Assembly (NCBI GenBank): GCA_965209085.1
Contig: OZ242376.1
Location: forward strand, 128,001-192,000
From: Nitrosopumilaceae archaeon
GTDB taxonomy: Archaea; Thermoproteota; Nitrososphaeria; Nitrososphaerales; Nitrosopumilaceae
Length of the DNA: 64,000 nucleotides
Reading direction: 5' to 3'
In this document: positions 1-10,493 of the stretch, piece by piece
Numbering within the stretch: the stretch's first letter is position 1
Layout of the letters: every line of letters begins with the position of its first letter
The notes under the pieces: generated by a model
Told to the model about the DNA's origin: nothing
Seen by the model: only the letters and a program-made list of their open reading frames with translations
Databases searched by the model: none
Program-made: the position numbers and the translations under genes

Positions 1-939
1 AAATTTTATCTTATCGCTTATATCCAAAGTAAATGCAATCTCATCGGATATTTTATCTGTTTTTTCCATGATATTTTTTATATATTGCAGGTGATCTCCA
101 AGTAAAACAAAGTGTATGATTCGATAGTCTTCCTTTGTATAATCGTCTATGATAATTGAGGATTTAAAAAGATCTATGCCATTGGCGGTACCCGTATATC
201 CTGGACTATAAAATTCTGTAAAATTCTTTGGAAATCTAACTTCTATGTGAACCACGGGTATGTGTGATATCGTTCCATCGTTCCAATCAAAAGGAATTTG
301 TAGATAAACTCGTTTTTCTTTATCATCATATTCAAAATCTGTTACAATATCAAAATATGAATGTGTTTCAAATTTTACAACATCTCCGTTTGAATCATGT
401 ACCATATGCGTGGCATCTTCTGCAACGCTTACATCAGTCCGAAATATTTTATCACCATCCAATGATCCGTTTATCCACAAAGCATTCTCCACACCAATTT
501 TAAACGTGTACAAACCTTTCAAACCAAGTCCTTCCCCCTTTAGAATAATTTCATCATTGTCTTTGGAACTCCATACGCCAGTAAATTCATCAAAAACCCC
601 GTCGATTTTAACTGATTCTTTTCCTGGTTCCATTACAAATCTTAAAACACCTTCAGGCGCAAGAAAACGTTCATGCAGCAAACTTTTTCCATCACGCTGT
701 AATTCTACAAGAAGCGTAACATCACCCACCGTTTTCTCAGAATTTCTTTCTAATACCATTATGATGACTTTTTCCTCTCCTGCAACATTTGTTATTTCTG
801 TGGATATCTGGATTTTTTTATCTCCAATTTCAACAATTCTGGCAGTATCGATATCTATGCCGTGACCCCATGCGATCCCAGGTGACAAAATCAGTAATGT
901 GGTGGTAACTAGCATGACATATGATAAAACGTGTCGCAT
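1..939 (-). CDS. Exported thaumarchaeal conserved protein (3' end runs off window)
   Basis: Manually translated open frame from ATG at 939 (MRHVLSYVMLVTTTLLILSPGIAWGHGIDID...IPFDWNDGTISHIPVVHIEVRFPK...IDDYTKEDYRIIHFVL); signal-peptide-like N-terminus; not in ORF track because no stop in window. Confidence 0.75.
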   Translation of the reverse strand, partial: MRHVLSYVMLVTTTLLILSPGIAWGHGIDIDTARIVEIGDKKIQISTEITNVAGEEKVIIMVLERNSEKTVGDVTLLVELQRDGKSLLHERFLAPEGVLRFVMEPGKESVKIDGVFDEFTGVWSSKDNDEIILKGEGLGLKGLYTFKIGVENALWINGSLDGDKIFRTDVSVAEDATHMVHDSNGDVVKFETHSYFDIVTDFEYDDKEKRVYLQIPFDWNDGTISHIPVVHIEVRFPKNFTEFYSPGYTGTANGIDLFKSSIIIDDYTKEDYRIIHFVLLGDHLQYIKNIMEKTDKISDEIAFTLDISDKIKF

Positions 940-953
940 ACTGCAAAATACGG

Positions 954-1880
954 CTATATGCCGCCCTCGTTTAACAATAGGGACAAAAGAGCTGCTCTTG
1001 TATATATGCCATATTCTGCCTGTTTGAAGTATTTTGCATGCGGTGTTGAATCTACGTCAGATGATATCTCGTCAACTCGGGGAAGCGGATGCATGATTAT
1101 AGCATCGTTTTTCATTTTTTTGAGCATGTCAAGACCAATTATGTAGCTACCCCTGACTTTGAGATATTCTTCTGCATCGGGAAATCTTTCTTCTTGTATC
1201 CTTGTAACATATACAACATCCAAATCATCAATTCGTTCTTCAAGGTTGGAGGATTCTGTAAATGAAATCTTTTTCTTTATCTCATATACGGAATCAGTAC
1301 GTATTCTCAAGGATTCTGGAGATATTAAATGTACTTTTACATTATAATTTCCAAGTGCTTGTAATAACGAATATACGGTACGACCATATTTCAGATCTCC
1401 AATTATGCCGATTGTCAGACCGTCGATTTTACCTTTTTCACGGCGTATCGTAAACAAATCTTGTATTGCTTGTGTGGGATGTTCTTCTGTGCCACTTCCA
1501 CCGTTTATCACAGGTTTTGGGGAAACATCCGCGGCAAATCTGCTTGAACCGTCTAGTGGATGACGCATTACCAATACGTCCGAATAAATTGACATCATTC
1601 TTACCATGTCGGAAAGACTTTCTCCTTTTTTTGCTGATGATGATGCAACATTTGATATTCCCAATGAAGTACCTCCAAGAAGCGCTATTGCAGATTTAAA
1701 ACTCAGACGTGTTCTAGTACTAGGTTCCAAAAAAAGATATCCAAGTATTTTCCCTCTGGCCACTTCACGTCGTTTTGCTGGATCCATGTCCATAATACGT
1801 TCTGTCGTATCAAAGATGGTCTCAAAACCATCTTTGTCTATGTTACGTACCGAAATTATGTCTTTTTGATAAAACTCCAT
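954..1880 (-). CDS. pyrB: Aspartate carbamoyltransferase catalytic subunit
   Basis: FLEPSTRTRLSF, HPTQ, GDLKYGRTVYSL, HPLPR motifs. Confidence 0.97.
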   Translation of the reverse strand: MEFYQKDIISVRNIDKDGFETIFDTTERIMDMDPAKRREVARGKILGYLFLEPSTRTRLSFKSAIALLGGTSLGISNVASSSAKKGESLSDMVRMMSIYSDVLVMRHPLDGSSRFAADVSPKPVINGGSGTEEHPTQAIQDLFTIRREKGKIDGLTIGIIGDLKYGRTVYSLLQALGNYNVKVHLISPESLRIRTDSVYEIKKKISFTESSNLEERIDDLDVVYVTRIQEERFPDAEEYLKVRGSYIIGLDMLKKMKNDAIIMHPLPRVDEISSDVDSTPHAKYFKQAEYGIYTRAALLSLLLNEGGI

Positions 1881-1949
1881 TATAACACAAAACCAAGTAG
1901 CGTAATATACGACTTTTGCATCGTATTGGGCATGAAAACACTGTATAAT

Positions 1950-2027
1950 CGATTATATGCATAATTGATCAAATTCACAATTTTTACGAATAAAAATGAC
2001 TGATTTGAATAATTATGCATACGATCT
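1950..2027. mobile_element. 78-bp MITE family B copy (left end degenerate)
   Basis: Near-identical to 32016-32093; imperfect TIR (..TATGCATAAT / ATTATGCATA..); flanked by AAT/AAT (1947-1949, 2028-2030). Confidence 0.8.
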
Positions 2028-2069
2028 AATGAAATAAACTCTTAACCTATAACTGTCTGTACGAATTAA

Positions 2070-2996
2070 ATGGTAGATCCCATATACACTGACGCATTAA
2101 TATACGCTAGTTTGCTTGCAATGCTGGCCATTGGACTTACATTGACCTACATTACAACTCGAGTGCCAAATTTTGCACATGCTTCAATAGCTATGATTGG
2201 CGCATACATTGCGCTCATTATTACAAGAATTGTTGATATTAATCCATACATTTCAATTCCAATATCATTTGTTGTTGCCGGTATGGTTTCTCTTGGATTA
2301 TACACGTTTGTACTAAAACCTTTGATACGTCGGAACGCTTCAAAAGCAATTCAAATGATATCTACCATTGCATTTGATCTGATCTTGATAGGAGTTTTGA
2401 ATGTGCTTGCCGATTATATTGTAACCACGTATAAAATACCATCTAGAGAATTTACACTTCGTGGATATGATTTAGCAGTAGGTGATGCCCCAATGATACT
2501 GATAGTTGCACCAATATTGATTGCTTCATTGGCGTTTGCATTACATATCATGCTTCGTAAAACAAAATTTGGAGTGTCTATGAGAGCAGCGATAGAAAAT
2601 CCAGATTTGGCACAGGTGGTTGGAATCAATATAAATATTATTTATGCGGTTTCATGGTTTTTGGGTGGAGCAATGGCTGGAGTTGCAGGAGCGTTAATGT
2701 CATTATGGTTCCAGGGAGATCCGAGTCTTGGAATTACCATAATGCCTAGCATATTTGCCGCAAGTATAGTTGGTGGATTTTCTAGCATATATGGTGCAAT
2801 AGCCGGAGGCATGTTGATAGGCCTAACGGAAATACTTGGAACTAGATTTCTTGCCAGTGAACTTGGTACGTGGATAATATCCTACCGTCCATTAATTCCT
2901 CTAATATTCATAGTTATTACAATAATGATCGCCCCCAATGGTTTGGCTGGCATAAAATTGAAGGAGGTTGCAAAACGCATTGGTATTAGAAAATGA
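2070..2996 (+). CDS. livH: Branched-chain amino acid ABC transporter permease, LivH-like
   Basis: GLTLTY..TRVPNFAHA, TKFGVSMRAAIEN..A..VGIN, IVGGFSSIYGAIAGG. Confidence 0.85.
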   Translation: MVDPIYTDALIYASLLAMLAIGLTLTYITTRVPNFAHASIAMIGAYIALIITRIVDINPYISIPISFVVAGMVSLGLYTFVLKPLIRRNASKAIQMISTIAFDLILIGVLNVLADYIVTTYKIPSREFTLRGYDLAVGDAPMILIVAPILIASLAFALHIMLRKTKFGVSMRAAIENPDLAQVVGININIIYAVSWFLGGAMAGVAGALMSLWFQGDPSLGITIMPSIFAASIVGGFSSIYGAIAGGMLIGLTEILGTRFLASELGTWIISYRPLIPLIFIVITIMIAPNGLAGIKLKEVAKRIGIRK

Positions 2997-4017
2997 AATC
3001 GTATTTTTTGCTGATTTGATGGCAATATATGCAATATATCTAATCATCAACACCAGCTTGAATTTGGAATTTGGCTTTGCTGGCATTCCAAATTTTGGTA
3101 AAGTTTTGGCAGTGGCAGCGGGTGCATTCGTCGCAGCATCAATTCCTGGAAGAATGTTGGTAGCGATGGCAGGAATAGAAGGTGATTATATACGGGATAA
3201 TTTTAGAATAATTTCCGAAGTTAACATATGGCTTGTAGATAATACTGGAATTGGCATTATCGTGTTTGTTCTAACTTTGGGGATAGCTGCAATCATTGGT
3301 AGTATAATGGGACTTGTTTCATCATATCCTGGAATCCGATTACGTGGAGATTATTTGGCAATTGTTTTACTAGCACTAGGCGAGGGTATACGAATAATTG
3401 GCAATAATTATGCCCCGCTTGTTGGAGGATCAATTGGAGTACACATACCTGATCCACTTTCATTTTTAGCAGGAGATTTGAGATTTCCAATTGCAACGGT
3501 GGCACTTGTAGGTATTGCGGCAGCAGTCTATCTATATGTGCGGCGTGTAACTAGATCCCCCCTTGGCAGATTGCTGAGATCTATAAGGGATGATGAAACG
3601 GCCGCCGAAGCTTTAGGTAAGAACATAAAATCAGCACGCATAAGAACCATCATGATGGCTGCGGCACTTGCTGCAGTTGGCGGAGCACTTTATGCGTTTT
3701 ATGTAGGAAGTACCATAGCATTTGCATACGATAGACTGAGCTGGACGTTTTGGCCGTTTGTTATGATTATAATAGGAGGTCTTGCTAACAACAAGGGCGT
3801 ATTAATAGGTACATTGGTATTTGTCACAATGCGTAAAGTAATAATTTACTTTAAAGAATATTTGGAAAATTTTGTCCCGTTTGACGTAATATGGTTAGAA
3901 TATCTTTTATTAGGAACAATATTGATTATAGTACTAATATACAGACCGCAGGGAATATTCCCAGAAAAACCAACCAAAACTCTACCAAATTCCAAAAAAA
4001 CTTGGTGGCGTAATTAA
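2968..4017 (+). CDS. livM: Branched-chain amino acid ABC transporter permease, LivM-like
   Basis: SLNLEFGFAGIPNFG, LRGDYLAIVLLALGE, SPLGRLLRSIRDDETAAEALG, RPQGI. Confidence 0.85.
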   Translation: MQNALVLENEIVFFADLMAIYAIYLIINTSLNLEFGFAGIPNFGKVLAVAAGAFVAASIPGRMLVAMAGIEGDYIRDNFRIISEVNIWLVDNTGIGIIVFVLTLGIAAIIGSIMGLVSSYPGIRLRGDYLAIVLLALGEGIRIIGNNYAPLVGGSIGVHIPDPLSFLAGDLRFPIATVALVGIAAAVYLYVRRVTRSPLGRLLRSIRDDETAAEALGKNIKSARIRTIMMAAALAAVGGALYAFYVGSTIAFAYDRLSWTFWPFVMIIIGGLANNKGVLIGTLVFVTMRKVIIYFKEYLENFVPFDVIWLEYLLLGTILIIVLIYRPQGIFPEKPTKTLPNSKKTWWRN

Positions 4018-4035
4018 CCGTCAAAAATGATTGTG

Positions 4036-4695
4036 TTATTGTACCTGTACTGTACCAATCATCCATGGATGGACTATACAATAATAGTCATACATGCCAG
4101 AATCCTCAAACGTATATTCAAATGTAGATCCTGAGAGAAATAAACTGCTGTCGAAAATACCATTATGGCCTTCTGATACAGTACCACTTGTCACAGTATG
4201 CGCGGATACATCATCGTTACTCCATGTTACAGTTCCACCAGAAATTACTTCTGCATTGAACGGTGCAAAACATTCGTTTGTTTTAGCACATGCGGGAGTA
4301 GCAGAACCTGAGGGTATTGATACAAACGCTGTGTCACCAACATCATTTTTTTCACTTTCCATCATCTCCTCTTCCATCATTTCACTTTCCATCATCTCTT
4401 CCATCATCTCCTCTTCCATCATTTCACTTTCCATCATCTCTTCCATCATCTCCTCTTCCATCATTTCACTTTCCATCATCTCTTCCATCATCTCTTCCAT
4501 CATCTCCTCTTCCATCATTTCACTTTCCATCATCTCCTCTTCCATCACAAAATTCTTGTTCATTTCAATCATGGATAATGGTACACCTGATGGTATGGAA
4601 TCCGGCGATGCGACAATTAATGCCAAAATACCTAAAACTAGAACGCCCATAATACTTGCTAAACCAATCTCAAATTTACCCATATCAAACTCCAT
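4036..4695 (-). CDS. Membrane-anchored blue (type 1) copper protein with Glu/Met-rich linker
   Basis: N-terminal TM helix; WSNDDVSAHTVTSG and YYCIVHPWM cupredoxin ligands. Confidence 0.9.
   Translation of the reverse strand: MEFDMGKFEIGLASIMGVLVLGILALIVASPDSIPSGVPLSMIEMNKNFVMEEEMMESEMMEEEMMEEMMEEMMESEMMEEEMMEEMMESEMMEEEMMEEMMESEMMEEEMMESEKNDVGDTAFVSIPSGSATPACAKTNECFAPFNAEVISGGTVTWSNDDVSAHTVTSGTVSEGHNGIFDSSLFLSGSTFEYTFEDSGMYDYYCIVHPWMIGTVQVQ
4348..4546 (-). repeat. Coding tandem repeat (EEEMM/EEMM/ESEMM units)
   Basis: Repeated catcatctc(ctc)ttc / catcatttcactttc units. Confidence 0.9.
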
Positions 4696-4754
4696 TATTC
4701 AGGGTTTGATAAAGTTTAGGTATGCAAATGACAAATCATTAACGAACGAACGAA

Positions 4755-5066
4755 TTAATTTCCTTTGGAGTCTTCTAATTCTGCTATATCTCCAAGATTA
4801 TCGTACGCTACACGATTCTTATCGGTTCTGATACAATAATCTGATTTTGTCTTTTTGGCTGTTATTCTTTGACCAATAATCCATGATTTTGAGCTTTTTG
4901 TTATGGTGTGATATACCATGCCTTTTTTTATGTTGGATGCAACCATTGCCCTCTCTACAAGTTCACCTTCTTCAATAGCACCTCCGGTATCTTTGTGTTG
5001 TCGGAGAAGATTGATTTTGTGATCTGAACCGTAGGATACGGCGGATACTAGATAAACAACAGTCAT
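4755..5066 (-). CDS. Hypothetical protein
   Basis: 103-aa ORF filling the intergenic gap; no recognised motif. Confidence 0.45.
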   Translation of the reverse strand: MTVVYLVSAVSYGSDHKINLLRQHKDTGGAIEEGELVERAMVASNIKKGMVYHTITKSSKSWIIGQRITAKKTKSDYCIRTDKNRVAYDNLGDIAELEDSKGN

Positions 5067-5114
5067 CTCTACGGCATGGCGTTATTCACCTCGTTATAAA
5101 ATTAATGCGTGATC

Positions 5115-6467
5115 CTATAGATTTGTCACGTTTATTTTGTCCATAGACGGAATTTTGGCCAATTCAAATCCTTCTGGCCACTTTCCTGGCGGCACCGTGG
5201 CATCAAAACCGGTTTTGGCAGTTTTTAGTGTTTTTTGATTACTGGACGGATCCAAACTCGAACCTCTGATATTTTTGAGTATTAGTAGATCCTTATCAGC
5301 TTGGAATCTAGTAGCTAATGCATATTCAACCTCTACAGCAGAATCTGGATTAATGTCAGAATCAACTATTATGACACGTTTTAATGATCTGTGAATATTG
5401 AATGTCTCTTTGATGATTTTTTTTGGTTCGCCAGTCTTTGGTTTTTTTCCTAGCTGCACTACTGCGTGCATCCAGTTGGAACCCCCATCGGTAAGCGAAA
5501 CTCTGCATACTGATGAAAAAGATTTTTTTAACATGATATTGAGTTTTGCTTCCGCCGGCATGCCCATCAAAAGCCGGTGTTCTGCATATCCGGACAATAT
5601 GTCATGAAACAGTGGTTTGTTTCTAAAATACAATCTGTCCATCTCTATTACCGGTTGCTGACGTTTGTGATCATACGTCCGAAGCATTTCTACCATCCAT
5701 TCCGGGTGGGTTTTCTTATTCATGATGCGGCCTTCAATCACAATTTCTGCGCCGGAAGGAACGTACATTCCAGAATAAGGACATTTTGTAACTTCGAGAT
5801 TATTTCCTAAAAGTGCGTTGGCAATTCCCATCTCATCTTTGCCCCATTCTTCTTGGTATGCGCCAGCTATGGAGACGGCCGGATGCACTCCAATCGTAAC
5901 TGCTATGCGGAGATCTTCGCCGTGTTTTTTTGCATTCATAAAACATCTGTGTAGATGCCTGTCCTCGACCATTCTGATTGTCATATGTTTTTTATCTATG
6001 GGCATGATTCTGTGAAATGATGAATTTTGTTCTCCAGTTTCTGGGTTTTTGGCGTACACGATGGATGATGTAACAAATGGTCCAGATTCTTTTTCAAAAT
6101 GCTTTATCACAGGTAAAGCCGACAAGTCTTTGGAAGAATTTTCCATAAATTTGCCCGATTTTACAATCTTTGGTTTTTTACTTTTTTTGACTGCTGCAGA
6201 CATTGTTTTATGTATGTGTTCAGGGTTTGATCCAACTGCTTGGGCGAATCTTTTTCTTGTGCCAACCAAATTGGAAACTATGGAAAATTTTGAATTCTTG
6301 ACATTATTAAAAATTAGAGCTTCGCGGCCGTCAAATTTAGCAGTAATTGCGGCAATTTCATATTTTGTTGAAACTTGTTTTTTTATGATACGTACATCTT
6401 TTGTCTTTGATACAGACGCAAGATATTTTCTAAGATCAGACACTGCGAACCGCCTCTGCAATTTCAC
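5115..6467 (-). CDS. UbiD-family prFMN decarboxylase (probable anhydromevalonate phosphate decarboxylase)
   Basis: QNSSFHR, VPSGAEIVIEG, VIIVDSDINP, ALATRFQAD, GSSLDPS, KTGFDAT; specific function inferred from the archaeal mevalonate pathway. Confidence 0.85.
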   Translation of the reverse strand: MKLQRRFAVSDLRKYLASVSKTKDVRIIKKQVSTKYEIAAITAKFDGREALIFNNVKNSKFSIVSNLVGTRKRFAQAVGSNPEHIHKTMSAAVKKSKKPKIVKSGKFMENSSKDLSALPVIKHFEKESGPFVTSSIVYAKNPETGEQNSSFHRIMPIDKKHMTIRMVEDRHLHRCFMNAKKHGEDLRIAVTIGVHPAVSIAGAYQEEWGKDEMGIANALLGNNLEVTKCPYSGMYVPSGAEIVIEGRIMNKKTHPEWMVEMLRTYDHKRQQPVIEMDRLYFRNKPLFHDILSGYAEHRLLMGMPAEAKLNIMLKKSFSSVCRVSLTDGGSNWMHAVVQLGKKPKTGEPKKIIKETFNIHRSLKRVIIVDSDINPDSAVEVEYALATRFQADKDLLILKNIRGSSLDPSSNQKTLKTAKTGFDATVPPGKWPEGFELAKIPSMDKINVTNL

Positions 6468-6783
6468 CCATTAACATTTTTGCACATTCTGTATCAAGTT
6501 CCCGTGTGAAGTTTGCTGATACAACCGCGATACCATGCACGGAAGTACTTGTTCTTTCGGCTATCATCTTGAGAAATATTTCATCCTTTTTGGCAGGTAT
6601 TACCGAGGTTGTAGCAGGAATAGATCCTGTTGCCACTGAGACAAACATGGATCCAAGTCTTGGTCTGTTCTCGCCCTCTGAAATTGAGACAAATCTTCCA
6701 TTTTCAAAATCTATTATATGAATGGAAAATGTACGATCGATAACACGAACAATCTTTGATGAAAAATAATCCGATTTACTCAC
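6436..6783 (-). CDS. Conserved protein, proteasome assembly chaperone 4-like
   Basis: FENGRFVSISEG..RLGSM pattern recalled from thaumarchaeal homologues. Confidence 0.55.
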   Translation of the reverse strand: MSKSDYFSSKIVRVIDRTFSIHIIDFENGRFVSISEGENRPRLGSMFVSVATGSIPATTSVIPAKKDEIFLKMIAERTSTSVHGIAVVSANFTRELDTECAKMLMGEIAEAVRSV

Positions 6784-6799
6784 GTTTAATGTGTGTTGA

Positions 6800-7045
6800 T
6801 TATACCTTTAAGGGTACTGCTGCCTCTACTTCGTTATTTGTCTCTTCTACTCTAGCGCGCAATTTTGCTTTGTATTTCAAATTGCGTGGTTTTGTACGAA
6901 GTCTGTATCCGCAACACGGACACCAAAGACCTTCCCATTTGATAAAAATCTCACAGATTTGACAACGTCTTTGCCCAGATGCGTATCTTCCAGTTCCAAC
7001 TGGTTTTTGTGCTTTGTATCTAATACAGATGCCTTTACATGTCAT
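6800..7045 (-). CDS. Small conserved Cys-rich zinc-binding protein
   Basis: CxxxC, RRCQICE, WCPCCGYRLRTKPR. Confidence 0.8.
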   Translation of the reverse strand: MTCKGICIRYKAQKPVGTGRYASGQRRCQICEIFIKWEGLWCPCCGYRLRTKPRNLKYKAKLRARVEETNNEVEAAVPLKV

Positions 7046-7245
7046 TTATATCACATAGTATAATACTTGTAACTATATAAGCATGGAGAAATAATTTTTA
7101 CATAAAAAACATCATTTTTTACGAAAAATTCGTATTGTGAAATATAACATTATCAGTTTCATCATAAATAATCAAAATGATCAAATAATTATGCATTATA
7201 TTTTTACACTAAAAAATATTCAGTATACGCGCAAAATTAAGCATT

Positions 7246-8517
7246 TTATGATTTTTTACGCTTTTTTATAACAACTAATGTTCCGGTAATGACAAGTGCT
7301 GCTAGCAATACAAACAAAGCTGTAACAGTCGTATCATTTTCGTTATTGCTCACAGGTTCGGGAATCAATATTGTAGAATTGTGAACAACGGTAGTTTCGT
7401 TTCTAATTCCATCCTTGTATCTGACATCAATTTTAATTTCATGACTGCCGTACCTTGGAGCTCCGTTAAATTCTATGGGCATGTTAAACGGTACGGGAGA
7501 ATCTGTATCAATATCATCTATAAATTGCGTATTACTTTTTATGTTTGATCCTTCACGCGGGTTGATGGTGACAAATGTAAACAACGCTTTCTCATTTCCT
7601 TCATTAAGTATCTGTCCTATGATTGTCTGTTTATCTGATATGTCTATCACATCTATTCCATATATGTACAAATCAACTAGTCCCTGTACGTATATGTCTA
7701 CAGTCCTTTCCACATTTTGGATTACTCCCTGCGCGTCAAAATATTTTATGTCCAGTGGAAGTTTGATAGTTTTACCCGCAAGGTTACCTGGCACGTATAC
7801 ATTTGTAGTAATATTTTTGATCCCTCCGGCATTTATGTTGCCTACATTCCAACTACTCTTAAAAATTACCATGTCTGAAGATTTGCTGTATTCTTCATTC
7901 TCTCCAGATGACGGAGCCCGCAGAGTTGCTACAATACCGCTAGCTGAAGATGATCCTGTATTTTCAATACTTATCACTATGTCATTGTAGTTTAATGATG
8001 ACACAAACGGTTTTACCGCACTTGCATCAATTATGCTTCTTCCCACAAGTTCAAAACTAAACGTAAACAATTCTGTCCGCTGTCCGGTTTCACGCAGCCT
8101 AGAATACTCTGTCTTTACAGTTCCCTTGTATTTTCCTATTTTTGTTTGTTCTCCAACATCCGTATAGAAAGTCAGTGTAATGTGTTCTCCTGCTTTTACA
8201 TTGGCTTCTGCATTCGCTCTAATCATGGACACGCTAGATCCTACAGGACCAAAATTTATCGGCATTACAAGATCGCCGGTCAGTCCGACAATGTCAGAAT
8301 TACCCACGTTTGCCAAAACAACGGTAAACGGTACGTGAAAATCTCCCGGCTCTATCTCCATTTTTTCCTCAACTGTTCCAAAATATGCATCAAGCAGCTT
8401 TATTCCAGTATACGTTCTCTCATACGGCGATTCCCCTGTGGGCAGTTGTGCCGTTACAGCCTGTGTACCAAGCAAACCTGATGCTAGTACTGTCAATGCA
8501 AGTATTTTGAGAATCAT
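7246..8517 (-). CDS. COG1361-like S-layer-domain cell surface protein
   Basis: Signal peptide, repeated N.G Ig/CARDB-like strands (LANVGN, IENTGS, ILNEGN), C-terminal TM plus basic tail; in operon with ABC exporter. Confidence 0.75.
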   Translation of the reverse strand: MILKILALTVLASGLLGTQAVTAQLPTGESPYERTYTGIKLLDAYFGTVEEKMEIEPGDFHVPFTVVLANVGNSDIVGLTGDLVMPINFGPVGSSVSMIRANAEANVKAGEHITLTFYTDVGEQTKIGKYKGTVKTEYSRLRETGQRTELFTFSFELVGRSIIDASAVKPFVSSLNYNDIVISIENTGSSSASGIVATLRAPSSGENEEYSKSSDMVIFKSSWNVGNINAGGIKNITTNVYVPGNLAGKTIKLPLDIKYFDAQGVIQNVERTVDIYVQGLVDLYIYGIDVIDISDKQTIIGQILNEGNEKALFTFVTINPREGSNIKSNTQFIDDIDTDSPVPFNMPIEFNGAPRYGSHEIKIDVRYKDGIRNETTVVHNSTILIPEPVSNNENDTTVTALFVLLAALVITGTLVVIKKRKKS

Positions 8518-9221
8518 GCGACGCTCTCCTGCATATTTGAAGACGTATCGTTTGAAATTTTCCCATCACTTATCGTTATGATTCTGTCTACTTTGCCAAA
8601 CTGCTTTTCATCATGTGTTACGATAATAAACGTGCAGTCAAGCTTTTTCGCTATCGATTTCATCAAATTTACCACGTCTCTAGAATTGACTGAATCCAGA
8701 TTTCCAGTAGGCTCATCTGCAAGTATGATTGACGGGCGATTTATCAACCCTCGTGCTATGGCAACACGTTGCATCTGTCCTCCGGATATGGAATTTGCCC
8801 GTTTGTATGCTTGATTTTTCAACCCTACTTTGTTTAACAGATCAAGTGCGTCGCTATGGGCGCTATCCTCGTTTTTAGCTATCTGTCGGGGAAGTATGAC
8901 GTTTTCTATCACGGTCAGATCCGAGAGCAAATTTGAAAATTGAAATATGAATCCAATTTTTTTATTGCGGAATTCGGATATCTGATCTTCATTTAGTTTT
9001 CCAGAATCCATTCCGTCTATGCATACAACTCCTGAAGTAGGCCGATCAAGCATGCCCATGATGTTAAGCAGCGTGGATTTTCCAGAACCTGAACTGCCAA
9101 CAATCAACACAAACTGTCCTGATTTAATAGACAACGATATGTCATTTATGGCGTAAACTTTGGCGTTTCCTTCTCCGTATATTCTTGATACAGACTGGAT
9201 GTCCAAAACCGTTTTAGACAT
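8514..9221 (-). CDS. ABC transporter ATP-binding protein (LolD/MacB type)
   Basis: GSSGSGKST, ISGGQMQRVAIAR, ILADEPTGNLD, VTHD. Confidence 0.95.
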   Translation of the reverse strand: MSKTVLDIQSVSRIYGEGNAKVYAINDISLSIKSGQFVLIVGSSGSGKSTLLNIMGMLDRPTSGVVCIDGMDSGKLNEDQISEFRNKKIGFIFQFSNLLSDLTVIENVILPRQIAKNEDSAHSDALDLLNKVGLKNQAYKRANSISGGQMQRVAIARGLINRPSIILADEPTGNLDSVNSRDVVNLMKSIAKKLDCTFIIVTHDEKQFGKVDRIITISDGKISNDTSSNMQESVA

Positions 9222-10401
9222 TACGCATCGCCTCTACGGGCAGTAGTTTTGTGGCTCTAAATGAAGGATATAGTGAAGCTATTATGGCCAATACAAAAGC
9301 CAAAACCGCAGTTTGTATAATTTTTGTCCAATTATAACTAACTTCCAATGGAATACTGCCTGCAAATGTCATGTTTGTCTCTTTTGCGTATACGGTATAC
9401 CCAAGTCCTGCTGCGGTACCTATGCCCGCACCTATGGCACCTATGAGCATTCCTTGTATTAAAAATATCATCATAATGTCAGAACGTTTTGCACCTATGG
9501 CACGTATTATCCCCACTTCGCGCGTCTTGCTGTTTACTAACATCATCTGTATGGTTACTATGGCAAAGGCAGCAGACATCATGCCAAAATAACCAATCAT
9601 GTTTATCATTGCAATACCGGAACGAAATCCTGCAAGCTGTTTCTCGGCAGATTCTTCAATAGTTTCAGCTTTGTAATCGGCATCACCAAACGCTGCAATA
9701 AATTGATTCTTTACCTCGTCTGCATTTGCAGAATCTTCAAGTTTTACCATGATCGAACTGCTGTGTCCATCGCGCTCCATCATACTACGCAAAGTATCAA
9801 TATGCATAACCGCGCTATAATCAAAACCCTGACCTCCGGGAGATTCAGCAATTCCTGAAACTATAAAACTACGTTTAACATCAATACCGTACCTGTTTGT
9901 GACGTTTAACAAAACTCTGTCTCCCACTTTCAGGCCTCCCAAATCATCCGTTATTGCTGAACCAAGAGTAATGGAATTGCGTGCAAAAACATACTGTCCA
10001 TCAGAAACGGTCTGATGTGCAGTTGAAACCTGAATATCGTGGAAAGGATCCACACCGACCAGTGAAACTTGATTCAATTCATACTCTTTCCCAAAATTCG
10101 ACGTCACCAATGTGCCCGTACTGTACAGACGGGAAGAGGCTGCATCCACCTCCGGAATGCGGTTAAACCAATTGATTAAATATATATCTGATTTTGTAAT
10201 GTAATCTTTTTTACTGGTAATTAGTACATCGCCATTGGTATAGTCTGATATGTCTCGTACAATGGCATCAAATAATCCCTGAAATATTACAAAATTTACA
10301 TGTATTACAAGTATGCCTATGGTTACAGCTAAAATGGCTCCGGCAAGACTGCCTCTTTTATTAAAAAGCATTCTAGCCGCAAGATTTACTTTATAATTCA
10401 T
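9214..10401 (-). CDS. ABC transporter permease (FtsX/MacB/LolCE type)
   Basis: KTREVGIIRAIGA, YPSFRATKLLPVEAMR; 4-TM topology. Confidence 0.92.
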   Translation of the reverse strand: MNYKVNLAARMLFNKRGSLAGAILAVTIGILVIHVNFVIFQGLFDAIVRDISDYTNGDVLITSKKDYITKSDIYLINWFNRIPEVDAASSRLYSTGTLVTSNFGKEYELNQVSLVGVDPFHDIQVSTAHQTVSDGQYVFARNSITLGSAITDDLGGLKVGDRVLLNVTNRYGIDVKRSFIVSGIAESPGGQGFDYSAVMHIDTLRSMMERDGHSSSIMVKLEDSANADEVKNQFIAAFGDADYKAETIEESAEKQLAGFRSGIAMINMIGYFGMMSAAFAIVTIQMMLVNSKTREVGIIRAIGAKRSDIMMIFLIQGMLIGAIGAGIGTAAGLGYTVYAKETNMTFAGSIPLEVSYNWTKIIQTAVLAFVLAIIASLYPSFRATKLLPVEAMRNV

Positions 10402-10493
10402 TGATGGCGAAAGCTATTATGAGATATAATAATGATCTCATGCATTGTTTCCATACAGATAAGATAATTATATGATAATATCTGAATCATGCT

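Noticed and set aside
4094-4831. Plus-strand Ser/Ile- and Pro/Ser-rich ORFs
   Set aside because: Antisense shadows of the Glu/Met repeat in the cupredoxin gene
7085-7200. Possible eroded MITE-B remnant (tttttacgaa, ataattatgcat)
   Set aside because: Only short AT-rich matches; length and TSD are not recoverable
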